48,093 nucleotides of DNA from Fidelibacterota bacterium. GTDB lineage: Bacteria; Fidelibacterota; Marinisomatia; SCGC-AAA003-L08; D37C17. The DNA is taken from positions 32,868 through 80,960 of the forward strand of contig PANV01000004.1 in NCBI GenBank assembly GCA_002707765.1, in the 5' to 3' direction. The position numbers and the translations under genes were made by a program. A model generated the notes under the pieces. That model saw only the letters and a list, made by a program, of their open reading frames with translations, was not told where the DNA came from and searched no databases. This document shows positions 29,091-38,231 of the stretch, piece after piece; the first letter of the stretch is position 1; each line of letters begins with the position of its first letter.

Positions 29091-29490
29091 TAATTTGTTT
29101 TTGAATTGTTTTTAAAGCATTCATGAACCCATTTGTTCGTTGGCTTGTTATTGAATCCTTTAGACCTATATCAATAAAAATAGATTCTGCATCTAAAGAA
29201 TTTATTTCATCAATTGTAGAACCATCAATTAATGTTTTAAGAATTGATAGTAAACCTTTAACGATGAATGTATCAGAATCAGTATTTATATAATACTTTT
29301 CTTCATTTTTTTCAACTTTAACCCAAGCCATTGATGTACATCCAAAAATTCGGTATTCATCATTTTTAATATTTTCAGATATTCCATTATTTTTTTTCCC
29401 CATTTCAATAATTTGAATATATTTGTCCATTGGATCTTCAAAGAAATCGAAAGTTTCTTTAATTTCATTTATTTTAGAATTTAAATTCAT
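29080..29490 (-). CDS. sufE: Sulfur acceptor SufE
   Basis: 136 aa: FGCTSMAWV (persulfide-accepting Cys context), and ...SQRTNGFMNAL at the C-terminus. Confidence 0.8.
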   Translation of the reverse strand: MNLNSKINEIKETFDFFEDPMDKYIQIIEMGKKNNGISENIKNDEYRIFGCTSMAWVKVEKNEEKYYINTDSDTFIVKGLLSILKTLIDGSTIDEINSLDAESIFIDIGLKDSITSQRTNGFMNALKTIQKQINGK

Positions 29491-30641
29491 AATACCATAT
29501 AATTATCTAAAGTTTCTTTTAAATCTTTTTGTATTTCAATATTTTGAATTTCTTCAAGAATTTCGTTTATAAATGAATTAAGTATTAATTGTTTGGCTAA
29601 ATCAAGCTTAATCCCTCTTGATCTTAAATAAAAAATTGCTTCTTCATCTATTTGTCCAGTAGCAGAACCATGGGAACATTGTACATCATCATTATATATT
29701 TCCAATTGAGGATTTGCATTTATTTTAGCTTTATCTGATAAAATTAAGTTATTGTTTTTTTGATAAGCTTGTGATTCACTACACTTTTCATGAATTATAG
29801 ATTTGGCAAAGAAATTACTTTTTGATTTGTGGTCTGCTATAATTTTATAATTTAAATTACTAATTGTCTTTGAATGTTTATGATTGATTTCAATATAATT
29901 ATCAAAGTGCTCTTTATGTTTTGAAATGTTTAAACCATTAAACAAACAAGTACTACCTGGACTATTTAAATCTATAAAATAGTTATTCTTTACTAAATTG
30001 CTATTAATATCTATAGTATGATATTTTAGTGTTGAATTATAATTAATTAAAGAGAAAAAATTATAAATTTGCTTTGTATCTGTTTTATTAGATTTATTAA
30101 TTATTTCTAATGATGAATTATTATTAACAAAACATTGATTAACAATATTAATACATTTTTTATTTAAAAATTCTTCTTCACTTAAAATTGTTACTTTTGA
30201 ATTTTCATCACAGTCTATTAAAATTCTTAAATTTATATATTCAGTCTCATTGCCTTGTTCTATAATATTTTTGATTACTATTTTATCTTTTAATATTAAG
30301 TTTTTAGGGAAATAGAGATAATAACCAATATTATAATTTTTTAAATTTTCTTCAATGTATTGGTCATTTTTGAAAGATGAAAATTGATTTATTTTATCTT
30401 GGATTTGATTAATTTTTTGTGATATTGCTTCGTCTATATTATAAATTTTAATGTTATTTTTAACTATATAATCCCCATTATTAATAAGTTGGCCATTATA
30501 TATTATAATTTCATTATTTTTAGGAATGATTTTTTTTTCAACTTTATTGAATGAGAAAATATTCTTAAAAGTTTTAAATTGACTTGATTTAGTATATTTC
30601 CAATTTTCGAATTTAAAATTTTTGGCTATTATTTTATCCAT
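29487..30641 (-). CDS. sufD: Fe-S cluster assembly protein SufD
   Basis: 384 aa. C-terminal signature NANPQLEIYNDDVQCSHGSATGQIDEEAIFYLRSRGI. Lies between sufC and sufE with overlapping stop/start codons. Confidence 0.85.
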   Translation of the reverse strand: MDKIIAKNFKFENWKYTKSSQFKTFKNIFSFNKVEKKIIPKNNEIIIYNGQLINNGDYIVKNNIKIYNIDEAISQKINQIQDKINQFSSFKNDQYIEENLKNYNIGYYLYFPKNLILKDKIVIKNIIEQGNETEYINLRILIDCDENSKVTILSEEEFLNKKCINIVNQCFVNNNSSLEIINKSNKTDTKQIYNFFSLINYNSTLKYHTIDINSNLVKNNYFIDLNSPGSTCLFNGLNISKHKEHFDNYIEINHKHSKTISNLNYKIIADHKSKSNFFAKSIIHEKCSESQAYQKNNNLILSDKAKINANPQLEIYNDDVQCSHGSATGQIDEEAIFYLRSRGIKLDLAKQLILNSFINEILEEIQNIEIQKDLKETLDNYMVL

Positions 30642-31366
30642 TCATAACCTTTTTCTTCTAATTCAACAGCTAATTCTTTTCCACCAGATTTAACGATTGT
30701 ACCATTTAGCATGACATGAACAAAATCAGGTTTTAAATAATTTAAAATTCTATTATAATGTGTAATTAATATGAATGATTTATTTTTATTTCTAAATGCA
30801 TTAATTCCATTAGATACTATTCTAATTGCATCTATATCTAACCCGGAATCAGTTTCATCTAATATAATTAAATCAGGATTGAGCAGTAACATCTGAATGA
30901 TTTCAAATCTTTTTTTCTCGCCTCCCGAAAACCCATCATTTACGCTTCGTTTTGAAAATTCGCTCTTTAAGCCAATTAGCTCTAACTTTTCTTTGAATAA
31001 TTTAATAAAATCTCCTGGTTCAATTTCATCTAGATTTTTTGATTTTCTAATAGAATTAACTGCCGTTCTTAGAAAATGCATAGTGTTAACTCCTGGAATT
31101 GACACAGGGTATTGAAATGACATAAATATTCCTTCGTGTGCTCTTTCATCTGGAGATAAATCAAGAATTGATTTGTCTTTGTAAATAATGTCACCTGAAT
31201 GAACATTGTAATTATCTTTTCCTGCCAATATATGCCCCAATGTACTTTTACCTGTACCATTCGTACCCATTATAACATGAAACTCACCACTATTAATATT
31301 TAAATTTATATTATTTAAAATATTTTTGTCGTCAATGCCAGCAGTTAGATTTTTAATTTTTAACAT
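30629..31366 (-). CDS. sufC: Fe-S cluster assembly ATPase SufC
   Basis: 245 aa: GTNGTGKST (Walker A), FSGGEKKRFEI (ABC signature), ILDETDSGLD (Walker B) and ITHY. Confidence 0.93.
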   Translation of the reverse strand: MLKIKNLTAGIDDKNILNNINLNINSGEFHVIMGTNGTGKSTLGHILAGKDNYNVHSGDIIYKDKSILDLSPDERAHEGIFMSFQYPVSIPGVNTMHFLRTAVNSIRKSKNLDEIEPGDFIKLFKEKLELIGLKSEFSKRSVNDGFSGGEKKRFEIIQMLLLNPDLIILDETDSGLDIDAIRIVSNGINAFRNKNKSFILITHYNRILNYLKPDFVHVMLNGTIVKSGGKELAVELEEKGYEWIK

Positions 31367-31381
31367 TTTATCCTCAATTTA

Positions 31382-32830
31382 TTAACCAACTGATCCTTCT
31401 AAACTTACTTCCATTAGTTTTTGTGCCTCAACGGCAAATTCCATGGGTAATTTTTTAAAAACACTTTTACAAAATCCATTAATTATCAGTGCAATAGCAT
31501 CTTCTGTATCAATTCCTCTTTGATTACAGTAAAAAAGTTGTTCTTCGCCAATTTTGGAGGTTGTTGCTTCATGCTCTATTTTTGCGGAAGCATTACGAAT
31601 ATCTAAATAAGGGAAAGTATGAGCACCACTTTTTGAACCAATTAATATTGAATCACATTCAGATCTATTCCTAGCATTAATTGCATTTTTCATTACCTTA
31701 ACCTCACCACGATATGTCTGTTGCCCATTGCCAGCAGATATGCCTTTTGAAATAATTGTACTCTTGGTATTGTTACCAATATGAATCATTTTAGTACCTG
31801 TATCTGCTTGCTGAAAATTATTACTTAACGCAACAGAATAAAATTCTCCTATGCTATTGTCACCTTTTAAAACACAACTTGGGTATTTCCATGTTAAAGC
31901 AGAGCCTGTTTCAATTTGAGTCCATGAAATCTTAGATTTATAACCCTTGCATAAGCCTCTTTTTGTAACAAAATTATATATTCCACCCTTACCATCTTTA
32001 TCACCTGGGTACCAATTTTGAACCGTTGAATATTTTATTTCTGCATTGTCTAGCGTCACTAGTTCTACAACGGCAGCATGGAGCTGATTCTCATCTCTCA
32101 TGGGCGCAGTACAACCTTCAAGATAACTTACATATGCTCCTTCATCTGCAATAATTAAAGTTCTTTCAAATTGACCCGTATTAGCAGCATTAATCCTAAA
32201 ATAAGTTGATAATTCCATTGGACACTTTGTCCCTTTAGGAATGTAAACAAAGGACCCATCACTAAAAACTGCTGAATTTAATGCGGCATAGTAATTATCT
32301 GAAATAGGTACTACAGTCCCTAAATATTTTTTTATCAAGTCTGGATGATTTTGTACAGCTTCGGAAAAAGAACAAAATATTACACCAGCTTTTTTTAAGG
32401 TTTCTTTAAATGTTGTTGCAACTGAAACACTATCGAAAACAGCATCTACAGCAACACCTGATAGCATTTTTTGTTCATTTAGTGGTATTCCTAGCTTGTT
32501 ATAAGTTTTAATGAGCTCAGGATCTACTTCATCTAAACTATTTAATTTTTTCTTTTGTTTTGGAGCAGAATAATAACATAAATCTTGAAAATCTATTTTT
32601 GGATATTTTAAGTTGGACCAATTTGGTTCAGACATTTTAAGCCATCTATTATATGCTTTGAGCCTCCATTCAAGAAGCCAATCAGGTTCATTTTTGATAG
32701 CAGAAATTGTTTTAATAATTTCTTCGTTTAAACCATTTGGTATACGTTCTTCTTTAATCTTTGTAGTAAAGCCATATTGATATTCAGAAGATGTGATATC
32801 TTCAATTTGTTGTTTGGTAGATTTACTCAT
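31382..32830 (-). CDS. sufB: Fe-S cluster assembly scaffold SufB
   Basis: Highly conserved SufB sequence, e.g. [29 protein letters not shown] and [21 protein letters not shown]. The track ORF starts at 32860 and overlaps sufA; ATG 32830 (MSKSTKQQ) sits 5 nt past the sufA stop and is preferred. Confidence 0.93.
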   Translation of the reverse strand: MSKSTKQQIEDITSSEYQYGFTTKIKEERIPNGLNEEIIKTISAIKNEPDWLLEWRLKAYNRWLKMSEPNWSNLKYPKIDFQDLCYYSAPKQKKKLNSLDEVDPELIKTYNKLGIPLNEQKMLSGVAVDAVFDSVSVATTFKETLKKAGVIFCSFSEAVQNHPDLIKKYLGTVVPISDNYYAALNSAVFSDGSFVYIPKGTKCPMELSTYFRINAANTGQFERTLIIADEGAYVSYLEGCTAPMRDENQLHAAVVELVTLDNAEIKYSTVQNWYPGDKDGKGGIYNFVTKRGLCKGYKSKISWTQIETGSALTWKYPSCVLKGDNSIGEFYSVALSNNFQQADTGTKMIHIGNNTKSTIISKGISAGNGQQTYRGEVKVMKNAINARNRSECDSILIGSKSGAHTFPYLDIRNASAKIEHEATTSKIGEEQLFYCNQRGIDTEDAIALIINGFCKSVFKKLPMEFAVEAQKLMEVSLEGSVG

Positions 32831-32835
32831 TGTAT

Positions 32836-33186
32836 TTAAGCCGAGAAACTTGTTCCGCAACCGCAGGTTTTATTAGCATTTGGATTATTTAATTTAAATC
32901 CGCCTGATAGTAAATCATCAGAAAAATCAATTTCGGTGCCTCTAACATAAAACCAACTTTTGAGATCACAAATTATTTTTATTCCTTTACTTTCAAAAAT
33001 CTTATCAAATTCTTTTTCTTTATTATCAAAAGTTAAGTTGTACGACATCCCAGAACAACCGCCATTAGTAACGGAAACCCTTAAAAAATAACCTTTTTTA
33101 TCTTCACCACTTAATATTGCACTAACTCTTTTAGCTGCATCGTTTGTAAGAATTATATTTTCATTTATAATTTCTTTATCACTCAT
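32836..33186 (-). CDS. sufA: A-type Fe-S carrier (SufA/IscA/HesB family)
   Basis: 116 aa: GGCSGMSY and the C-terminal CGCGTSFS three-Cys signature. GGAG sits 6 nt upstream of the ATG. Confidence 0.88.
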   Translation of the reverse strand: MSDKEIINENIILTNDAAKRVSAILSGEDKKGYFLRVSVTNGGCSGMSYNLTFDNKEKEFDKIFESKGIKIICDLKSWFYVRGTEIDFSDDLLSGGFKLNNPNANKTCGCGTSFSA

Positions 33187-33201
33187 AATTACTCCATTTT
33201 T

Positions 33202-33219
33202 TGCACGATATGCACGATA
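33202..33219. repeat. Perfect tandem 9-mer (TGCACGATA x2) in the rrf2-sufA spacer
   Basis: Read directly: 33202-33210 and 33211-33219 are identical. The repeat lies 16 nt upstream of the sufA ATG on the minus strand, where it reads TATCGTGCA TATCGTGCA. Confidence 0.9.
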
Positions 33220-33255
33220 ATTTATTAATATTTTTGTTATTTAACACGTAAAAAT

Positions 33256-33651
33256 TTAATTTGTTAAATCGTAAATTTTTATTTTCTTTAATGAATTTCT
33301 AATATTATCATTAATCAAATTCATTGGATTCTTAATATTGCATATATCATATACGTTACAGTCTAAATTTAAATTGCATTTGACTGCACCTATTGGCCCT
33401 TCAATTGATTCAATAAAATCTATTAAATTTATTCTTTCTAAATTCTTATTTAAAGAATATCCTCCATTTGTTCCTCTTATACTATTTAAATAACCACATT
33501 TAGATAATCTTTGTAATATTTTTGCTAATAGTTCTTTAGGAATATTGTACTGCTTGGCTATTTCTTTTGTAGAGCATGATTTATTGCTTTTGCTCTTAAT
33601 ATGCTTTATAGCTATTAATGAATATTCTATTGATTTATTTATATTTAACAT
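33256..33651 (-). CDS. iscR: Rrf2-family transcriptional regulator, IscR-like
   Basis: 131 aa. N-terminal winged-helix region (YSLIAIKHI...TKEIAKQYNIPKELLAKILQRLSKCGYLNSIRGTNGGYSL). Cys at residues 92, 98 and 104 (CNLNLDCNVYDIC), the same CX5CX5C spacing as E. coli IscR. First gene of the suf operon. Confidence 0.85.
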   Translation of the reverse strand: MLNINKSIEYSLIAIKHIKSKSNKSCSTKEIAKQYNIPKELLAKILQRLSKCGYLNSIRGTNGGYSLNKNLERINLIDFIESIEGPIGAVKCNLNLDCNVYDICNIKNPMNLINDNIRNSLKKIKIYDLTN

Positions 33652-33674
33652 TATGCGACCAATTTTATCGCATA
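33652..33674 (-). promoter_or_regulatory. Candidate operator: inverted repeat TATGCGA-N9-TCGCATA abutting the rrf2/iscR start codon
   Basis: Read directly: 7-bp GC-containing arms at 33652-33658 and 33668-33674, immediately 5' of the ATG (33649-33651, minus strand). A TATATT/TATTAT -10-like sequence lies just upstream on the minus strand. Confidence 0.4.
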
Positions 33675-33696
33675 TAATATAACTTACCTGGATGAA

Positions 33697-35415
33697 TTAA
33701 TTAAAGGAATTTAAAGCTCTTCTTATTGCTCGAGATAAATCATTATTTTTGCTACTAAAATTATACAAATCATCAAAAATAGATTTAATCCACTTTATTT
33801 TTAAATTACAGTTAGTGACCTGTAAAAATTCAAATTTGAGTAGCCAATCATTAATTCCTTTATTATTAGTATCTAAATATATTTTTTTAAGTTCATTAAT
33901 ATTCAGTTCAGGCTCTGAACTTTCTTTTATTTTTTTAAAAAAATTATTTAAGGTAAAATCAATTTCTTTTTCATTATTTAAATTGAGTTTTTCATATTTT
34001 TTGTTATCTATTGGAACTTTTGAGAAATATTTAGAAGAATCACAAACTCCACCATAAACTGATGTTACTTTTGATCCACAAACTAAGTCAAAGTTTCCCC
34101 ATTCTGGCTCAAATAGAGTTTTATCTCTATATTTCAATGTACAGTTTTCAAAAGTTATAATAATAATTTTTGAATTATTTTTTAAAATCGACATTATTTT
34201 ACCCGACAAGATTATATCATCTTCAAATTCAAGTTTTATAATTTTATTTTTTATTATATTTGATTGTTTTAATTCAATATTTGATAATTTTGAAATAGGT
34301 TTACCAAATTTTTTTAAATTTCCTAAAGGTGAACTATATCCTTCAAAATGGTAATCTGGTCCATGATTATTCAATTGTTTTTTATTGGTCCCTATTTGAG
34401 TTGGGCCATTAAATGATATAAAAATAATTTGTTTTTTTTGATTGGTTATATATTTTTTTAACTTTCCTGAAATATGTATGTTATCATCTAAAACTACTGT
34501 ACACAATGTTTTAGCTTTTTTTGCAATATTTAATCCATATTCTCCACCTATATTGAAAGCCATAGATTTTGCCAATTTCTTTAGTTCTTTTGATAAAAAT
34601 TTATAATTTGGTGTTACAAATAGTTGGGGTTGTTGCTCTGTTATATCATAATCATAATTAATACAATCAATGGAAAAAGGAATTTTTTTAACTTCTTTTT
34701 TTAAACAATTTTCACTTTCTGCAACAGATGATAGTAGTCCAGCTCCATAAATTTTAGGATTATTGATTTCTCCAATTAAACCATATTCGACTGTCCACCA
34801 ATTCATTCTAGCTAATATAGCAGATTCACTAAGATATGTTGTGGAATGGATTGCTTTTTCCAACTTCAAATTTGCTTTTTCAACCTCATTTTTTTTTGCA
34901 TTAATATTTTCTTTAATATCAGATAAATTTCTTATAGCATAATAGACTTCTAAATCTTCTGATGAAATAATTGCTTTTGAAGCAATTTCTCCATAATTAA
35001 TTAAATATTCAGAATAATCTTCATTTGCAATTATTGGTGCATGACCTGCAGCTTCATGAGCTATATCTGGAGAAGGTGTATAAGTTATATTTTTATGACT
35101 TCTCATATCAGCAGCAATAGGTAGAATTTTTAATGATTGAAATTCCATAAATGCATTAGGAGGGATGAATCCTCTAACACACACAGCTCTCCAGCCAAAA
35201 TTAGATAATTTTTTATCTATAGATTCTATTTTGGGTATTTTGTTTAATGTTATACCAGTTTTTTTTAAACCTTCAAAATAAATTTCATCTGCATTTTTTT
35301 TAAAAAAATTAGTAGAAACTTTCATGATAAATCTCCATGTTGCCTGATCAATATATGTGTAACTTTCATAATCTTGATTTACAATGTATTGTTTTAAATG
35401 ATTAGGGATTATCAT
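33697..35415 (-). CDS. Aromatic amino acid hydroxylase (phenylalanine-4-hydroxylase-like, non-heme iron), long form with a ~270-aa C-terminal extension
   Basis: 572 aa: PDIAHEAAGHAPII (2-His), NWWTVEYGL (Glu ligand context) and YGAGLLSS, the biopterin-dependent hydroxylase catalytic core. The remaining C-terminal half has no motif I recognise. Confidence 0.75.
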   Translation of the reverse strand: MIIPNHLKQYIVNQDYESYTYIDQATWRFIMKVSTNFFKKNADEIYFEGLKKTGITLNKIPKIESIDKKLSNFGWRAVCVRGFIPPNAFMEFQSLKILPIAADMRSHKNITYTPSPDIAHEAAGHAPIIANEDYSEYLINYGEIASKAIISSEDLEVYYAIRNLSDIKENINAKKNEVEKANLKLEKAIHSTTYLSESAILARMNWWTVEYGLIGEINNPKIYGAGLLSSVAESENCLKKEVKKIPFSIDCINYDYDITEQQPQLFVTPNYKFLSKELKKLAKSMAFNIGGEYGLNIAKKAKTLCTVVLDDNIHISGKLKKYITNQKKQIIFISFNGPTQIGTNKKQLNNHGPDYHFEGYSSPLGNLKKFGKPISKLSNIELKQSNIIKNKIIKLEFEDDIILSGKIMSILKNNSKIIIITFENCTLKYRDKTLFEPEWGNFDLVCGSKVTSVYGGVCDSSKYFSKVPIDNKKYEKLNLNNEKEIDFTLNNFFKKIKESSEPELNINELKKIYLDTNNKGINDWLLKFEFLQVTNCNLKIKWIKSIFDDLYNFSSKNNDLSRAIRRALNSFN

Positions 35416-35496
35416 ATTTGAAAATTTTTTAATCTATTCATACCCTAAATATATTTAAATTAAGATTAACTTATAATAAAATATTGTAGCCAAAAT

Positions 35497-36354
35497 TTGA
35501 AAAATTCATTTACATTTTTAGCTTTAAAATTTCTAAGTAAAATATTTAAATATTTACCAAGAAAATTATCAATTCAAATAGGATATACTTTAGGAAAATT
35601 AATATATTTAATATTTCCTAAAAGAAAGTTAGTTGCAGCAACCAATCTTAAAATAGCTTTTCCAAATTTAAATCAATTAGAATTAGAAAATTTATTAAAA
35701 AAAACCTACTGTAACTTTTCAATAATGGCTACAGAGTTTCTGAGGCAAAATATGAATTCGTATAAGAATGTTTATATTGATTATGAAACTAAAAAAATAT
35801 TAGAATCAAAATCAGGTATTATATTGATGACAGCACATTTTGGTAACTGGGAATTAATTCCATCAACATTATCTAGAATTAAAAAAATTGCTATTGTCGT
35901 TAAAATTCAAAAAAATTTTGGAGGTGATAAGTTTATTCAAAATCAAAGAAAAATTAATGGTGTAGAACTGATTTCAATGAAAGATTCAAAAACAAAAATG
36001 TTAAATGCTATCATTGATGGAAAAATTTTGGGGTTGGCAAGTGATCAAAATGCAAAGCACAAAGGAACTGATTCATTGTTCTTTAATAAGCAAGTTTCTG
36101 TACCAAAGGGAGCTGGTTATTTTCATTTTAAAACAAACATTCCAATTGTAGTGGGCTTTTGTATAATGAATGACGATTTTTCGTACAATTTTAAATTAAA
36201 GCCATTATTAGTAGATAAAGAAATAAAGGATTTTGATGGTATTTGTAATATGGTTAATAATGAATATTCTAGAATTTTAGAGGAAGAAATAAAACTTCAT
36301 CCTGAACAATATTTTTGGTTTCATAAAAAATGGAATAAAGAAATTTATAAATAA
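35497..36354 (+). CDS. Lipid A biosynthesis (Kdo)2-lipid IVA acyltransferase family (LpxL/HtrB-like)
   Basis: 285 aa: N-terminal hydrophobic anchor, the HFGNWE catalytic motif, then LASDQN. TTG start. Confidence 0.75.
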   Translation: MKNSFTFLALKFLSKIFKYLPRKLSIQIGYTLGKLIYLIFPKRKLVAATNLKIAFPNLNQLELENLLKKTYCNFSIMATEFLRQNMNSYKNVYIDYETKKILESKSGIILMTAHFGNWELIPSTLSRIKKIAIVVKIQKNFGGDKFIQNQRKINGVELISMKDSKTKMLNAIIDGKILGLASDQNAKHKGTDSLFFNKQVSVPKGAGYFHFKTNIPIVVGFCIMNDDFSYNFKLKPLLVDKEIKDFDGICNMVNNEYSRILEEEIKLHPEQYFWFHKKWNKEIYK

Positions 36355-36442
36355 TTATTAATGACAAATAATACTTAATATCAAAATTTTATAAATTGGT
36401 TAGAATTAAATACTGACTTATTAGATAAGCCTAGAAATAACT

Positions 36443-37444
36443 ATGAAAAATAAGCTACAAGAAGAAATCAACCTTAAAACTAAGCCAATTGGATCTCTTG
36501 GACTACTTGAGAAACTTGCTTTGAAAATTGGAAATATTCAACAAAGCGTATCTCCATCTTTAATTAATCCATCTTTAATTGTATTTTCTGGAGACCATGG
36601 AATTGCTAATGAGGGTGTGAGCGCCTATCCACAAGAAGTCACTCACCAAATGGTGTTTAATTTTATCAATGATGGTGCTGCTATTAATGTTTTTTCAAAG
36701 CAGCATGATATAAGTGTTTACATTGTAGATGCTGGAGTAAATTTTAATTTCAATTATCATGAAAAAATAATAGATAATAAAATTAGTCATGGTACGAAAA
36801 GTTTTTTAAAATCTAAAGCAATGCAATCAGATGAGTATGATCAATGCATTATTAAGGGGAAAACCATTGTAAAAGATATTGCATTGCAGGGTACAAATAT
36901 AATTGGTTTTGGTGAAATGGGAATTGGAAATACATCATCATCATCAATTATTATGAGCTATATTTGTAATTATCCAATAAAAGATTGTGTTGGAAGGGGA
37001 ACAGGTATAAATGATAAACAGTTAAAAAATAAAATTAAAATACTTGAAGAATCAAAGAGTTTTCATGGTAGTTTAAATGATATAGAAGAAATTCTTGCTT
37101 CGTTTGGAGGCTATGAAATGGTTCAGATGTGTGGTGCTATGCTAGAAGCATATAATCAAAATATGATAATACTTGTAGATGGATTTATTGCATCGACCGT
37201 TTTTTTAGCCTCAGCAAAAATAAATCCTGATATAATTGAAAATGCTATTTTTTGTCATTTAAGTGATGAGAAAGCACATGCACTTCTATTAAAGTATTTA
37301 GATGTTGAACCATTACTTAAGCTAGGTCTTAGACTAGGTGAAGGTACAGGATGTGCTTTAGCATTTCCTATAATACAAAGCTCTGTTAATTTCCTTAATG
37401 AAATGGCAAGTTTTGATAGTGCTGGAGTATCAAATAAATCTTAA
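36443..37444 (+). CDS. cobT: Nicotinate-nucleotide--dimethylbenzimidazole phosphoribosyltransferase
   Basis: 333 aa: KTKPIGSLGLLE, SGDHGIA, GEMGIGNTSSSS and LGEGTGCALAFP. Confidence 0.9.
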   Translation: MKNKLQEEINLKTKPIGSLGLLEKLALKIGNIQQSVSPSLINPSLIVFSGDHGIANEGVSAYPQEVTHQMVFNFINDGAAINVFSKQHDISVYIVDAGVNFNFNYHEKIIDNKISHGTKSFLKSKAMQSDEYDQCIIKGKTIVKDIALQGTNIIGFGEMGIGNTSSSSIIMSYICNYPIKDCVGRGTGINDKQLKNKIKILEESKSFHGSLNDIEEILASFGGYEMVQMCGAMLEAYNQNMIILVDGFIASTVFLASAKINPDIIENAIFCHLSDEKAHALLLKYLDVEPLLKLGLRLGEGTGCALAFPIIQSSVNFLNEMASFDSAGVSNKS

Positions 37445-37448
37445 TAAT

Positions 37449-38231
37449 ATGAAACAAGAAATCAGATTATTCTTCACAGCCTTAATGTTTTATACTAGAA
37501 TTCCGTGCCCAAGTAATATTGATCATAACGAAGATGCCTTAGATAAAGCAAGTCGATACTTTAGTCTAATTGGCTGGATAGTTGGTGGATTTTCTTTTTT
37601 AATTTTTCATCTAAGCTCCTTTCTATTTGACCAATCTATTGCTGTAATCCTTTCTTTAGCTGCTGGCATATTAATTACAGGTGCATTTCATGAAGATGGA
37701 TTTGCCGATGTTGTGGATGGATTTGGAGGTGGATGGACTAAACAACAAATTTTAGATATTATGAAAGATAGTCGTCTAGGAGCTTTTGGTGCAATTTCAA
37801 TTTCTATTCTTCTGTTATTAAAATATTTGGCTCTTAGTTCTCTATTATTAAGTCCAGAAAAATGGTATTTAAATTTATTAATATTTATTTCATATCATTC
37901 ATTAGCAAGACTAACATCAATTAATATTGTATTTACTTCCAAATATTCAAGGGAAGATGAAAAAAGTAAGGCAAAGCCTATAGCAAAGTCTGTTGGATTA
38001 AATGAAATTTTTGGTGCATTTTTTTTTGGAATGCTACCACTTGCCTTGCTTATTTACCATAATTGGCAGTTTATATTTATAGCCATTCCTCTATTTATAC
38101 TTTATTATCTTTCTAAAAGATATTTTGAAAAATGGCTTCATGGTTATACTGGTGACTGCTTAGGGGCAGTTGAACAGCTAGCAGAATGCATCTGCATATT
38201 GTTTTATTTAGGGCTATGGAAGTACATTTAA
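37449..38231 (+). CDS. cobS: Adenosylcobinamide-GDP ribazoletransferase (cobalamin synthase)
   Basis: FFTALMFYTRIP, HEDGFADVVDGFGGG and a multi-pass membrane profile. The track ORF begins at 37398 inside cobT; ATG 37449 (MKQEIRLFF), 2 nt after the cobT stop, is preferred. Confidence 0.88.
   Translation: MKQEIRLFFTALMFYTRIPCPSNIDHNEDALDKASRYFSLIGWIVGGFSFLIFHLSSFLFDQSIAVILSLAAGILITGAFHEDGFADVVDGFGGGWTKQQILDIMKDSRLGAFGAISISILLLLKYLALSSLLLSPEKWYLNLLIFISYHSLARLTSINIVFTSKYSREDEKSKAKPIAKSVGLNEIFGAFFFGMLPLALLIYHNWQFIFIAIPLFILYYLSKRYFEKWLHGYTGDCLGAVEQLAECICILFYLGLWKYI

Noticed and set aside
36355-36442. A possible cobalamin riboswitch upstream of cobT.
   Set aside because: The spacer is only 88 nt and almost pure A/T. 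I see no GC-rich B12-box-like core or room for the ~200-nt aptamer.
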